32,000 bases of DNA from Candidatus Iainarchaeum sp. Lineage in GTDB: Archaea > Iainarchaeota > Iainarchaeia > Iainarchaeales > JACQJH01. The DNA is taken from assembly GCA_016205145.1 (NCBI GenBank), contig JACQJH010000002.1, forward strand, positions 30,001 to 62,000, written 5' to 3'. Position 1 is the first letter of the stretch; the number at the start of each line of letters is the position of its first letter. The position numbers and the translations under genes are program-made. Below are positions 1-7,844 of the stretch, one piece after another. The notes beneath the pieces are model-generated. The model did not search any database and had not been told where the DNA came from. It saw nothing but the letters and a program-made list of their open reading frames with translations.

Positions 1-175
1 GTTCCGGAAGCGATGTTGAAAGCGAAACCAGCAGGAAGCCAATCGTAAGCTCGCTCACGTGTATCCGCGCGGCTAGCTGTACGGCATACTTTATGACAAA
101 CTGCGATGCCTTGTAGATTACCGCAAGCGAGCCGGCGAGCAGCAGCAGGTTCAAAATCAGTGGGCTTAAGGGCAT
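1..175 (-). CDS. Partial CDS (first 58 codons; continues beyond the left edge): Na+/Ca2+ exchanger (CaCA)-family membrane protein, putative
   Basis: Not in the ORF track because it is truncated. Minus-strand ATG at 173-175 with an open frame to position 2: MPLSPLILNLLLLAGSLAVIYKASQFVIKYAVQLAARIHVSELTIGFLLVSLSTSLPE. A hydrophobic helix is followed by G-x-x-x-V-S-L-S-T-S-L-P-E, which resembles the alpha-repeat (GTSxPE) of CaCA exchangers. Confidence 0.5.
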   Translation of the reverse strand, partial: MPLSPLILNLLLLAGSLAVIYKASQFVIKYAVQLAARIHVSELTIGFLLVSLSTSLPE

Positions 176-197
176 TTTAACCGCCATGCGTTCTGGT

Positions 198-210
198 CTT
201 TTATTTTAAG
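198..210. promoter_or_regulatory. AT-rich TATA-like box shared by divergent genes
   Basis: CTTTTATTTTAAG lies in a 51-nt divergent intergenic region. It is about 23 nt from the ATG at 227 (+) and about 29 nt from the ATG at 175 (-). The same geometry recurs at other divergent gene pairs in the window. Confidence 0.35.
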
Positions 211-226
211 TGTTTTGTGATTAATA

Positions 227-1585
227 ATGTTTCTTGCAATGCAGCCCGAAAAGCCACATGGAAGCATGCGCGCAGCCCCTGCCATGCAGGTGCCGCGGCG
301 TTTTCTTTCCGCAAACATGGAATTCGCTCTCGTTCTGGCGTTCTTCGCGGTTTTCGCCCTGCTGTTCTTCAAGCCGACAATTTCATCGGGCGACCCGTAC
401 GGCTACTTTGCCGTTCTGCAGGGCATTGCAAGGGATGGAACGCTTGATTTTCAAAAACAGCACGATTTTGCGCAATCCATGGGCCAGACTACCTTGCAAT
501 TCAACGAAACCACGAAAAAATTCGTTTCAAAGTTTGCCTTCGGCTGGCCGCTCATTGCCCTGCCAGCCTACCTTGTCGCATTGTTCCTTTCAAACTTCTG
601 GATTTTCCATGTCAAGGATGCGTTTTTCATGCAAACCGCTGGCGCCCTGCTAGTGGAACAGCTTGCAGTGACGCTCACAACGCTTGCATTGTTTTTCTCG
701 ACCCTGCTGCTGGTTTATCTTTCGCTCAAAAAACTGGGCTTCGGAAAAAGGCTGTCCGCATTCTCGGTTTTTGCCGCGGGCATTTCAACGCCGATCCTGC
801 TGTATTACTCTTTCCTCGCAAGCTCGCCGCACGTTGCAGAGGCGTTCCTGTTTTCGCTCGTGATTTTCATTTCGGTTTCAGGAAAACTCGAAGCCAAGAA
901 GCCGGCAATGCTGTCGGGATTTTTTCTTGGCCTGCTCGCCGCAGTAAGGTATCCGGGCATTCTTTGCGCGGCATTCTTTTTAGGTGAAAAACCCAAAACC
1001 CTTGCAAGAATTTTTTTGGGCGCAGTGCCCATGCTCCTGCTCCTTGCATTGTACCAGCAGGCGCAGTTCGGAAGCATTTTTTCCACGGGCTACACTTCGG
1101 ACCCGGCAGGCTTTTCCGCATTTCCCGCCTTCGCCATTCCGATGATTTTTGACAGGGATTTCGGAATACTGTTCTGGTCGCCCATGCTCCTGTTCGGGTT
1201 TGCGGGCCTGTTCTTGCTTGAAGACAAGAACATTGCAAAAAAACTGCTCGCGTCATTTCTGGCAGTCTTCCTGTTTTACGCCTTTTGGCCGAGCTGGAAC
1301 GCTGGCTGGAGCTACGGCAACAGGTTCCTGGTCGTGCTGTTTCCCGCCATCGCAATAGGCATTGCCGCCCTGCTGAAAAAATATTCAAAAATGCGTTCCG
1401 TTGTCTGCCTGCTGTGCATTTATTCCCTGCTTGTTGCACTGCTTTTCATCGCCTCAAGCGGGCACATCGAGCCGAACTTCTTTTCACGCCAGGCGGATTT
1501 CTGGTTTGCGCAGGGAAAAATCTTGAGCCTGCCGCAGATGCTGTTCGAAAAGCTCAGCGTTGTGCGGTTCTTTCTGGAAAAATAG
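227..1585 (+). CDS. Polytopic integral membrane protein, GT-C-fold glycosyltransferase-like (ArnT/PMT/DUF2029-type), putative
   Basis: 452-aa ORF with more than 10 predicted hydrophobic helices. The first loop after helix 1 contains GDPYGYF, a D-x-Y type motif typical of the first extracytoplasmic loop of GT-C enzymes. An alternative start is M31 at 317 (MEFALVLAFF). Confidence 0.6.
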   Translation: MFLAMQPEKPHGSMRAAPAMQVPRRFLSANMEFALVLAFFAVFALLFFKPTISSGDPYGYFAVLQGIARDGTLDFQKQHDFAQSMGQTTLQFNETTKKFVSKFAFGWPLIALPAYLVALFLSNFWIFHVKDAFFMQTAGALLVEQLAVTLTTLALFFSTLLLVYLSLKKLGFGKRLSAFSVFAAGISTPILLYYSFLASSPHVAEAFLFSLVIFISVSGKLEAKKPAMLSGFFLGLLAAVRYPGILCAAFFLGEKPKTLARIFLGAVPMLLLLALYQQAQFGSIFSTGYTSDPAGFSAFPAFAIPMIFDRDFGILFWSPMLLFGFAGLFLLEDKNIAKKLLASFLAVFLFYAFWPSWNAGWSYGNRFLVVLFPAIAIGIAALLKKYSKMRSVVCLLCIYSLLVALLFIASSGHIEPNFFSRQADFWFAQGKILSLPQMLFEKLSVVRFFLEK

Positions 1586-1600
1586 CGTTGCCTTGAAAAA

Positions 1601-2668
1601 TTACTTGCTTATGGCATTCTGCCTCAGCAGATGGTCTGCCAGAACAATTGCAACCATTGCCTCTGCAATAGGCCCGGCGCGCGGCGCAACGCACGGGTCG
1701 TGCCTGCCGAGAACTGAGATTTTTGCGTTCCTTCCCATGTCGTCGACTGTCGACTGCGCTTTTGCAATCGAGGACGGCGGCTTTACCACAAACCTCAAAA
1801 CAATGTCCTGCCCGGTTGAAATGCCGCCGAGAATGCCGCCGGCATTGTTGGACTTGAATGAAACCTTTCCGCCTTTCATTTCAATCGCGTCGTTGCATTC
1901 GCTGCCCTTAAGCCTTGCGGCCCCGAAGCCCACGCCAATTTCCACGCCTTTCACGGCAGGCAAGGACATTATGGCTTTTGCCAGTTCCGCTTCAAGCTTG
2001 TCGAAGACCGGCTCGCCCAGCCCTGCGGGCGGCTTTTTCACCACGACTTCGATTATTCCGCCGACGCTGTCGCCCTCAGCCTTTGCCTTCACAATCGCGC
2101 GTTCCATGGCCTTTGCGGCTTTCCTGTCAGCACAACGCACAATGTTTTTTTCAATTTCTTTTTCCGAAAAAGATTTTGCGCGGACGCCCGCAATTTCCAT
2201 TGTGTGCGAAATTATCCTTGTGCCGCGGGATGCGAGGATTTTTTTCGCTATCGCGCCGGCTGCGACCCTTGCAACGGTTTCGCGCGCGGAAGCCCTTCCC
2301 CCGCCCCTGTAATCCCGTATCCCGAATTTCTGCGAGTAAGTCAGGTCGGCATGGCCCGGCCTGAACAGGTTTTTCGTTTCCTCGTATTTTGAGGAATCAA
2401 CATCAAGGTTTTCGATTACCAGCGCTATGGGCGTGCCAATGGTTTTGCCCCGGAAAACCCCTGAAAGGATTTTCATCCGGTCCGGCTCTTTTCTGGGCGT
2501 CGTTACTCTGCTCTGGCCGGGCCTGCGCCGGTCGAGTTCCTTCTGAATGTCCGCTTCGCTTACGCTTATCTTCGGCGGGCAGCCGTCGACTATGACGCCC
2601 AAAGCAGTGCCATGGCTCTCCCCAAAAGTCGTTATCCTGAAAAGTTGTCCGAAAGAATTTCCCGCCAT
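1601..2668 (-). CDS. aroC: Chorismate synthase
   Basis: MAGNSFGQLFRITTFGESHGTALGVIVDGCPP carries the GESHG signature, and RGGGRASARETV is also present. The track ORF extends to 2806, but the conserved N-terminus begins at the ATG at 2668, 13 nt after the aroE stop. Confidence 0.95.
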   Translation of the reverse strand: MAGNSFGQLFRITTFGESHGTALGVIVDGCPPKISVSEADIQKELDRRRPGQSRVTTPRKEPDRMKILSGVFRGKTIGTPIALVIENLDVDSSKYEETKNLFRPGHADLTYSQKFGIRDYRGGGRASARETVARVAAGAIAKKILASRGTRIISHTMEIAGVRAKSFSEKEIEKNIVRCADRKAAKAMERAIVKAKAEGDSVGGIIEVVVKKPPAGLGEPVFDKLEAELAKAIMSLPAVKGVEIGVGFGAARLKGSECNDAIEMKGGKVSFKSNNAGGILGGISTGQDIVLRFVVKPPSSIAKAQSTVDDMGRNAKISVLGRHDPCVAPRAGPIAEAMVAIVLADHLLRQNAISK

Positions 2669-2681
2669 AAAAACCACTTTT

Positions 2682-3515
2682 TCAATGCCCCAATGCGGAC
2701 AAAAGCGCCTTTTCCATTTCGCCTGCAGGCGCCTTTTTCTCCGTGAACAGTTCGAATGCCGCGATCGCCTGGCCCAAAAGCATTTCGGTCCCGCCAATCG
2801 TTTCAATGCCTTTAATTTTAGCCATTTTCAACAGCCTCGTTTCCACGGGATTGTAAACTATGTCGAATACAATTAGCTTCTTGTTGTTTAATAATTTTTC
2901 CAACACGCCTTCCGGCAGCGGAAGCTCTTTTTCATTCGGATGCATGCCTGCCGGGCTTGCATTCACAAGAATGTCAAACATGTCGAGCTGCAGCCCGCCG
3001 ATTGTTTCAGGGGAAACGCTTTTCGCGCCGGCTTTTTTTGCAAGCGCCTCGGCCTTTTTCGCGTCGCGGTCGACAACAAAAACGCCTGCCTTCTTTTCCG
3101 AAAGGCCGGCGGCAATCGCGCTTCCCGCCCCGCCGCAGCCGACAAGCAAAACCTTTTTTCCCGACAGGGCGGTTCTTTTTTCAAGGCAGCCGATTGCACC
3201 GAGCACGTCGGTATTGTAGCCTTTCAGCTTTCCGTCCGCGTTTACGATCGTGTTGATTGCGCCGCATTTTCCTGCCAGCGGGTCGAGTTCGTCAACAAGG
3301 CCGAACGCCAGCTGTTTCAAGGGCATTGTCACGTTGTAGCCGCGAACCCCCAAAGCCCTCATCGCATCGATTGCCGCCTTTGCTTCGGTTGTTTCGAATG
3401 ACAAATAAACAAAATTCAGGTTCTCCGCCCTGAAGCCTGCATTGTGCATTGCAGGGCTGAGGGAATGCCCTATCGGCGAACCTATAAGAGCGCAGATTTG
3501 TGTCCTGGAATCCAT
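2682..3515 (-). CDS. aroE: Shikimate 5-dehydrogenase
   Basis: ICALIGSPIGHSLSPAMHNAGF (the SxSPxMHN motif), NVTMPLK, and the Rossmann motif GCGGAGSAIA. Start chosen at the ATG at 3515 (MDSRTQ), 13 nt after the upstream stop. Confidence 0.93.
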   Translation of the reverse strand: MDSRTQICALIGSPIGHSLSPAMHNAGFRAENLNFVYLSFETTEAKAAIDAMRALGVRGYNVTMPLKQLAFGLVDELDPLAGKCGAINTIVNADGKLKGYNTDVLGAIGCLEKRTALSGKKVLLVGCGGAGSAIAAGLSEKKAGVFVVDRDAKKAEALAKKAGAKSVSPETIGGLQLDMFDILVNASPAGMHPNEKELPLPEGVLEKLLNNKKLIVFDIVYNPVETRLLKMAKIKGIETIGGTEMLLGQAIAAFELFTEKKAPAGEMEKALLSALGH

Positions 3516-3528
3516 CTTGAACCCGCCT

Positions 3529-4701
3529 TCAAAGTGTCTTTTCAAGTATCCCGCGCAGGTCCTGCCTTGAAATGGGCCGCACATTCCTGCGTTTCAGCAT
3601 TCCCTTCATCGCATCATCCAGAATTATGTCGAAGTTGCGTTCGCTTATGCCTGAGGCCGAGAGCCTTGCATCCGTTCCGACATTGCGGGAAATTTTGGCT
3701 ATTCTTGAAACGCCTTCCTCCGCCGACTTTTTTCCAAGGGCACCGGCGAGCATTGCAAACTTTTCTTTTTGCGCGGGAAGATTGAGCGCCATGACGTGCG
3801 GAAGCATGACCGCATTTATGAGGCCGTGCGTCATACTGAACTTTCCCCCGATGGAATGTGCGAAGGCATGGCAGGCGCCGGTGCCGGCATTGCTTATGGC
3901 CATTCCCGCAAGCACGCTTGCCAAAGCCATCCTTTCACGCGCTTCGAGGTTTTTGCCGTCGGAAAAAGCGGTTTCCAGGGAAACGTTCGCAAGCCTTACC
4001 GATTCCAGGGCAAACAGGTCCGTCACCGGCGAAGCACCGCCGGAAACAAACGCCTCGATTGCATGCGTGAGCACATCCATTCCCGATTCGGCTGTAACCG
4101 ACGGGGGGCATGAAACAGTCAGCAGTGGGTCGACTACGGCGACTGCGGGAAACATCCGGTTGCTGCGCAATGCAAGCTTCTCATGGCTTGTGGGATCCTT
4201 GAATACGGCGGCCCGCGTGACTTCGCTTCCGCTTCCGGCTGTCGTGGGAACGGCCATGAACGGCAGGCCCTTCTTTGCGAAATCCTTTTCCACGTGGTCG
4301 ATGGCGCTGCCTTTGTTTGTGGCAAGAATTGCCGCGGTTTTCGCCGTGTCAAGCACGCTGCCGCCGCCCAAACCGACAACCAAATCCGCTTTTTCCTTCC
4401 TTGCGAATGCAGCGGCCGCATCGCATGTTTCGAGCGACGGCTCGCCGGAAACGCCGTCGAATACCACAACCCCTGTTTTGCCGTTAACGGCGCGAATGCT
4501 TTCAAGCAGCGCGTCAACGTAACCCAGCCTTTTCATCGAACTTCCGCTTGTCACGAGCAGGATTTTTTCCGGCCCGAACGCCGAAGCAATCCTTCCGGTT
4601 TCGGAAATCGCATTGTTTCCGAAAACTATCCTGACGGGAAACCCGAACTCGAATTTTTGCAGCAGTTCTTTTGCCATAATAATCCCGACAATCAATTCCA
4701 T
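3529..4701 (-). CDS. Iron-containing (group III) alcohol dehydrogenase family oxidoreductase, substrate unknown
   Basis: GLGGGSVLDTAKT (the GGGSxxD NAD(P) motif), VPTTAGSGSE, and metal-ligand histidines in HAIEAF and CHAFAHSIGGKFSMTHG. The start ATG at 4701 directly abuts the aroD stop (TGAATG). An alternative start is the ATG at 4677. Confidence 0.85.
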   Translation of the reverse strand: MELIVGIIMAKELLQKFEFGFPVRIVFGNNAISETGRIASAFGPEKILLVTSGSSMKRLGYVDALLESIRAVNGKTGVVVFDGVSGEPSLETCDAAAAFARKEKADLVVGLGGGSVLDTAKTAAILATNKGSAIDHVEKDFAKKGLPFMAVPTTAGSGSEVTRAAVFKDPTSHEKLALRSNRMFPAVAVVDPLLTVSCPPSVTAESGMDVLTHAIEAFVSGGASPVTDLFALESVRLANVSLETAFSDGKNLEARERMALASVLAGMAISNAGTGACHAFAHSIGGKFSMTHGLINAVMLPHVMALNLPAQKEKFAMLAGALGKKSAEEGVSRIAKISRNVGTDARLSASGISERNFDIILDDAMKGMLKRRNVRPISRQDLRGILEKTL

Positions 4702-5373
4702 TCAACTATCCTCAAATGCCCTCATTTCGTCGACCGACAGCTGGCCGGGCGCGGATTCCTTTCCAGTGCGCAGGCTCGCAAACGAGAATTCCGCGCCGAG
4801 CTGCGGCGAGGAAACCCTGCTGATTGTTCCAAGCGGGCCCATGCAGAATGCCACGATTTTCACGCCCTTCGACTTTGCGGCCTGCACCAATGCAAGAATG
4901 GTTTTGTTGTCTTCCTCGGACTTTGCCGCAGTAACAATCTTCACAACGGCCGGCCTGAGTGCGGACATCCGGTCAAGCAGCCTTTCAAGCTCTTCAAGCG
5001 CAGGCGTTCCGGAAAAGGAATGGTAAGACAAAATGACTTTCGCTTTTCCCTTTGCCTTCAAAATCTTTTCGAGGAGTTTTTTTTCAGAATGGAATTCGAT
5101 GTCGACAAAATCCGCGCCAAGCCTGGCCGCATTCTCCAGCACGCCAACTCTTTTCGTTTCGTCGCCTTCGAATTTTCCTCCTTCGGCTCTTTTCCTGTTC
5201 GTCGCAATCACCGGCTTTTTGCACGCTTTCAAGAGCCTCTTCAAATCCGCCTCCGAAAGCCGTTCCATGAAATCCAGCCTCAGCTCAATCAAATCCGCCT
5301 TGGCATTCGCTTCCTTTATGTCAGAAATGCAATCCTTCACATTGCCCGACACTATCGGCACGCAGATTTTCAT
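4702..5373 (-). CDS. aroD: 3-dehydroquinate dehydratase, type I
   Basis: MKICVPIV...ADLIELRLDF...VILSYHSF...VKIVTAA...IVAFCMG is the typical type I DHQase layout, with the catalytic His in SYH and Lys in VKIV. Confidence 0.92.
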   Translation of the reverse strand: MKICVPIVSGNVKDCISDIKEANAKADLIELRLDFMERLSEADLKRLLKACKKPVIATNRKRAEGGKFEGDETKRVGVLENAARLGADFVDIEFHSEKKLLEKILKAKGKAKVILSYHSFSGTPALEELERLLDRMSALRPAVVKIVTAAKSEEDNKTILALVQAAKSKGVKIVAFCMGPLGTISRVSSPQLGAEFSFASLRTGKESAPGQLSVDEMRAFEDS

Positions 5374-5374
5374 T

Positions 5375-6493
5375 TCACATCAATCCGTTCAAAGTTTCAA
5401 TTACCGCTTTTTCCGGCACAGCCAGGCCGAAGCTTCCGTTCCTTTTAGCCATCCTGCCGATTTTTTCCGGCAAGGCCATTACGATTGCGCCGTCCCTCGA
5501 CTTCTTGTCGCGCCGCATTTCGGCAATCAATTCACGCGCGCCGAATTTTGGCAACGCGGGCGAAAAGCCCAGGCTTTCAACCAGTGCAATAATCCTGTCC
5601 GCGTCCTTTGCCGCGAGGATGCCAAGTTTTTGCGCAACCTTCGCCTCAACCATCATTCCAATGGCGACGGCTTCGCCGTGCGAAAACTTTTCATAACCCG
5701 TAAGGGATTCTATGGCATGCCCAACAGTGTGCCCGAAATTCAGCACCTGCCGCCGGTTCGATTCCTTCTCGTCAGCCATGACAATCTTAGCCTTTATGGC
5801 GGCATTTTTTTCCACTATCTTCGCAAGCAGTTTTGGTTTGCCGGCAAAACCCGGGTTTTTTTCCAGAAATGAAAACATTTTTGCATCCGCTATGACGGCG
5901 TGCTTGGCTATTTCCGCAGAGCCGTTGCGCAATTCTGTCCCGGGCAGCCCGTTCAAATAATCAAGGTCGGCGAAAACCGCGCTTGGCTGTTTGAAGGCGC
6001 CGACGACATTCTTGCCGTTCGGCAAATCAACGCCGGTCTTGCCGCCGATGCTCGAATCGACCATTGCAAGCAATGTTGTGGGCACCTGCACCAATGCAAT
6101 GCCGCGCATGAAAGTTGATGCGGCAAAGCCCGCGACATCGCCTGTAACGCCTCCGCCCAATGCAACTATGCACGATTTCCTGTCAAGGCCGGCATCAAAA
6201 ACCTTCTGCTGAAGCAGTGCAAACGTTGCAAGGCTCTTGCTCCGCTCGCCGGCAGGAAAAGAAATGACTGATGCCTGGCTGCCTTTCCGTTCAATTTGCA
6301 CGCGCAGGCTTTCCGCGAACTTTGCCGTGACAATGCTGTCCGAAATTATCGCGCATTTTTTTGCCTTCAGCCGTTTGGCTATGAATTCCGCTGCCCTGGC
6401 GGAAAGGTTGCGGCCGACAACGATATCGTATGATTCGGATGCCGGCCGTTTCAGCCTGACTTTCACTGCCATAATGTTTGCACCATTTGCCAT
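5375..6493 (-). CDS. aroB: 3-dehydroquinate synthase
   Basis: ALGGGVTGDVAGFAASTFMRGI, VQVPTTLLAMVDSSIGGKTGVD, FGHTVGHAIE, SHGEAVAIGM. The start may be the ATG at 6472 (MAVKVRL) rather than 6493. Confidence 0.93.
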   Translation of the reverse strand: MANGANIMAVKVRLKRPASESYDIVVGRNLSARAAEFIAKRLKAKKCAIISDSIVTAKFAESLRVQIERKGSQASVISFPAGERSKSLATFALLQQKVFDAGLDRKSCIVALGGGVTGDVAGFAASTFMRGIALVQVPTTLLAMVDSSIGGKTGVDLPNGKNVVGAFKQPSAVFADLDYLNGLPGTELRNGSAEIAKHAVIADAKMFSFLEKNPGFAGKPKLLAKIVEKNAAIKAKIVMADEKESNRRQVLNFGHTVGHAIESLTGYEKFSHGEAVAIGMMVEAKVAQKLGILAAKDADRIIALVESLGFSPALPKFGARELIAEMRRDKKSRDGAIVMALPEKIGRMAKRNGSFGLAVPEKAVIETLNGLM

Positions 6494-6533
6494 TTTCCAT
6501 CAAATCAATTTCAGGGCATTTCCCTTCCCACGC

Positions 6534-6555
6534 AGGAGAAACCAAGGTTTCTCCT
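6534..6555. repeat. Perfect 10+10 bp palindrome with a 2-nt spacer, in the DAHPS-aroB intercistronic gap
   Basis: AGGAGAAACC-AA-GGTTTCTCCT. On the mRNA-sense (minus) strand this would fold as a 9-10 bp stem closed by a C-UU-G loop. No T-run follows it. Confidence 0.5.
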
Positions 6556-6587
6556 TGCTAACCTCATCCTTTTTTGAACTTCATTTT

Positions 6588-7601
6588 TTACATTTCTCTT
6601 CCTACGGCCCTTGCAACCGGCCTCAGTTCCTTCATCATCTGGTCGAAGAGCGCAGGAGTCATTGCCTGCGGCCCGTCGCACAACGCGCTTTTGGGGTCGC
6701 AGTGCACTTCGACAATCCAGCCGTCAGCGCCCGCGGCAACCGATGCCTTGCTTATGGGCGGAATAAGGTCCGGCCTGCCCATGCTGTGCGTCGGGTCGAC
6801 TATGACCGGCAGATGCGATTCCTTTTTCAGCAACGGCACCAGGCCGACGTTCAGCGGAAACCTGAATTCCTGTTCGAATGTCCTGACGCCGCGGTTGCAG
6901 AGAATCACCTGCTGGTTGCCTTCGCTCATAATGTACTCGGCCGCCATGAGGAATTCCTTCATTGTCGAGGCGATGCCGTTCTTCAAAATTACGGGCTTGT
7001 TGACCTTGCCCACTTCTTTCAGCAAATCAAAGTTCTGCATGTTTCTCGCGCCGACACGGAGAATGTCGACGTGCTTTGCCACAAGTTCGACCTGCCTTGT
7101 ATCCATGACCTCGGTTTCAACGACCATGCCGAGTTCTTTCTTCGCCTTTTTAAGCAGTTTCAGGCCTTTCTCGCCCATGCCCTGGAAATCGTAAGGCGAA
7201 GTCCTCGGCTTGTAGGCCGATGCCCTCAAAATTTTCGCGCCCGACTTTTTCACTGCCTCGGCGGTCGTGAACAACTGCTCTTCCGATTCAATCGCGCACG
7301 GCCCTGCAATCATTATGACTTCCTTGCCGCCGATCCTGACGCCATCGACGTCGATGACCGTGTTTTCAGGATGGAATTCGCGGCTTGCAAGCTTGTATGG
7401 CTTGAGTATGGGCATTACTTTTTCCACGCCCGGCAATGAGGCAATCCTGTCGGCGTTCAGCTTGCGCTCGTCGCCGATCGCCCCGATGATTGTCCTTTCC
7501 GTGCCCTTCGAGACATGCGGCTGCAGGCCTGCAGAAATTATCGCCGCTTTGACGGCCTCAATTTCCTGTTCCGAAACCCCTTTTTTGAGGACTATTATCA
7601 T
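6588..7601 (-). CDS. aroF: 3-deoxy-7-phosphoheptulonate (DAHP) synthase, type I-beta, with an N-terminal ferredoxin-like/ACT regulatory domain
   Basis: An N-terminal regulatory domain of about 65 aa (MIIVLKKGVSEQEIEAVKAAIISAGL...) is followed by a KDO8PS-like barrel with GPCAIESEEQ, LRASAYKPRTSPYDFQG, VIVDPTHS and DGWIVEVH. GGAG lies 9 nt upstream of the ATG at 7601. Confidence 0.92.
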   Translation of the reverse strand: MIIVLKKGVSEQEIEAVKAAIISAGLQPHVSKGTERTIIGAIGDERKLNADRIASLPGVEKVMPILKPYKLASREFHPENTVIDVDGVRIGGKEVIMIAGPCAIESEEQLFTTAEAVKKSGAKILRASAYKPRTSPYDFQGMGEKGLKLLKKAKKELGMVVETEVMDTRQVELVAKHVDILRVGARNMQNFDLLKEVGKVNKPVILKNGIASTMKEFLMAAEYIMSEGNQQVILCNRGVRTFEQEFRFPLNVGLVPLLKKESHLPVIVDPTHSMGRPDLIPPISKASVAAGADGWIVEVHCDPKSALCDGPQAMTPALFDQMMKELRPVARAVGREM

Positions 7602-7658
7602 TCCAAACCACTCCTTTGCATTTTGTGTTTTTATGATTAATAAACGTTTTGATATCCC

Positions 7659-7699
7659 GAAGCAAGACAGCAAAAAGACAAGCTTTAGCTGCCCGCTTC
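7659..7699 (-). other. Imperfect RNA hairpin overlapping the stop codon of the leader sORF
   Basis: On the minus strand, GAAGCGGGCAGC - 16-nt loop (TAAAGCTTGTCTTTTT, containing a T5 run) - GCTGTCTTGCTTC. This gives 12 pairs with one bulge and two G-U pairs. Its stability was not computed. Confidence 0.3.
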
Positions 7700-7790
7700 A
7701 GCCATAGAAGTAATAGGAAAAGAAGATTGTGGCCCCGGCTGGCCAGAACGCATTAACAGAATGAATTGCCTGAATCTCAGCCGAATCCAT
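7698..7790 (-). CDS. Candidate leader peptide (30 aa), aromatic-rich: MDSAEIQAIHSVNAFWPAGATIFFSYYFYG
   Basis: Translated by hand; it is too short for the ORF track. The ATG at 7790 is the first start codon after an in-frame stop and lies about 27 nt downstream of an AT-rich box. Eight of 30 residues are aromatic (F, W, Y), and six of the last eight. The ORF sits 96 nt upstream of DAHP synthase. Confidence 0.3.
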   Translation of the reverse strand: MDSAEIQAIHSVNAFWPAGATIFFSYYFYG

Positions 7791-7810
7791 GAAAACAATT
7801 ATTGCTGCTA

Positions 7811-7823
7811 ACCTTTTTAAAGC
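7811..7823 (-). promoter_or_regulatory. TATA-like box upstream of the leader sORF and DAHPS operon
   Basis: The minus strand reads GGCTTTAAAAAGG. Its centre is about 27 nt upstream of the ATG at 7790, a leaderless geometry. Confidence 0.4.
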
Positions 7824-7842
7824 CTAAGGCAGACTAAGGCAG
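7824..7842. repeat. Tandem direct repeat, 2 x 9 nt with a 10-nt period (candidate operator)
   Basis: The plus strand reads CTAAGGCAG-A-CTAAGGCAG (minus strand CTGCCTTAG-T-CTGCCTTAG). It fills exactly the space between the aroK stop codon (7845-7847) and the TATA-like box. Confidence 0.5.
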
Positions 7843-7844
7843 GC

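Noticed and set aside
3572-7439. Very long ORFs antisense to conserved enzymes. In this span they are 3572-4522 (+), 4183-5448 (+, 421 aa), 5033-5872 (+) and 6237-7439 (+, 400 aa). Elsewhere they include 1560-2312, 12564-13489, 17381-18247, 19840-20676, 21550-22578, 24166-24855, 27898-28935 and 28916-29818.
   Set aside because: Each lies opposite a gene with unmistakable family motifs. Their translations are low-complexity (S/A/P/F/R/C-rich) with no recognisable motifs. They are best explained as shadow ORFs caused by codon bias on the sense strand.
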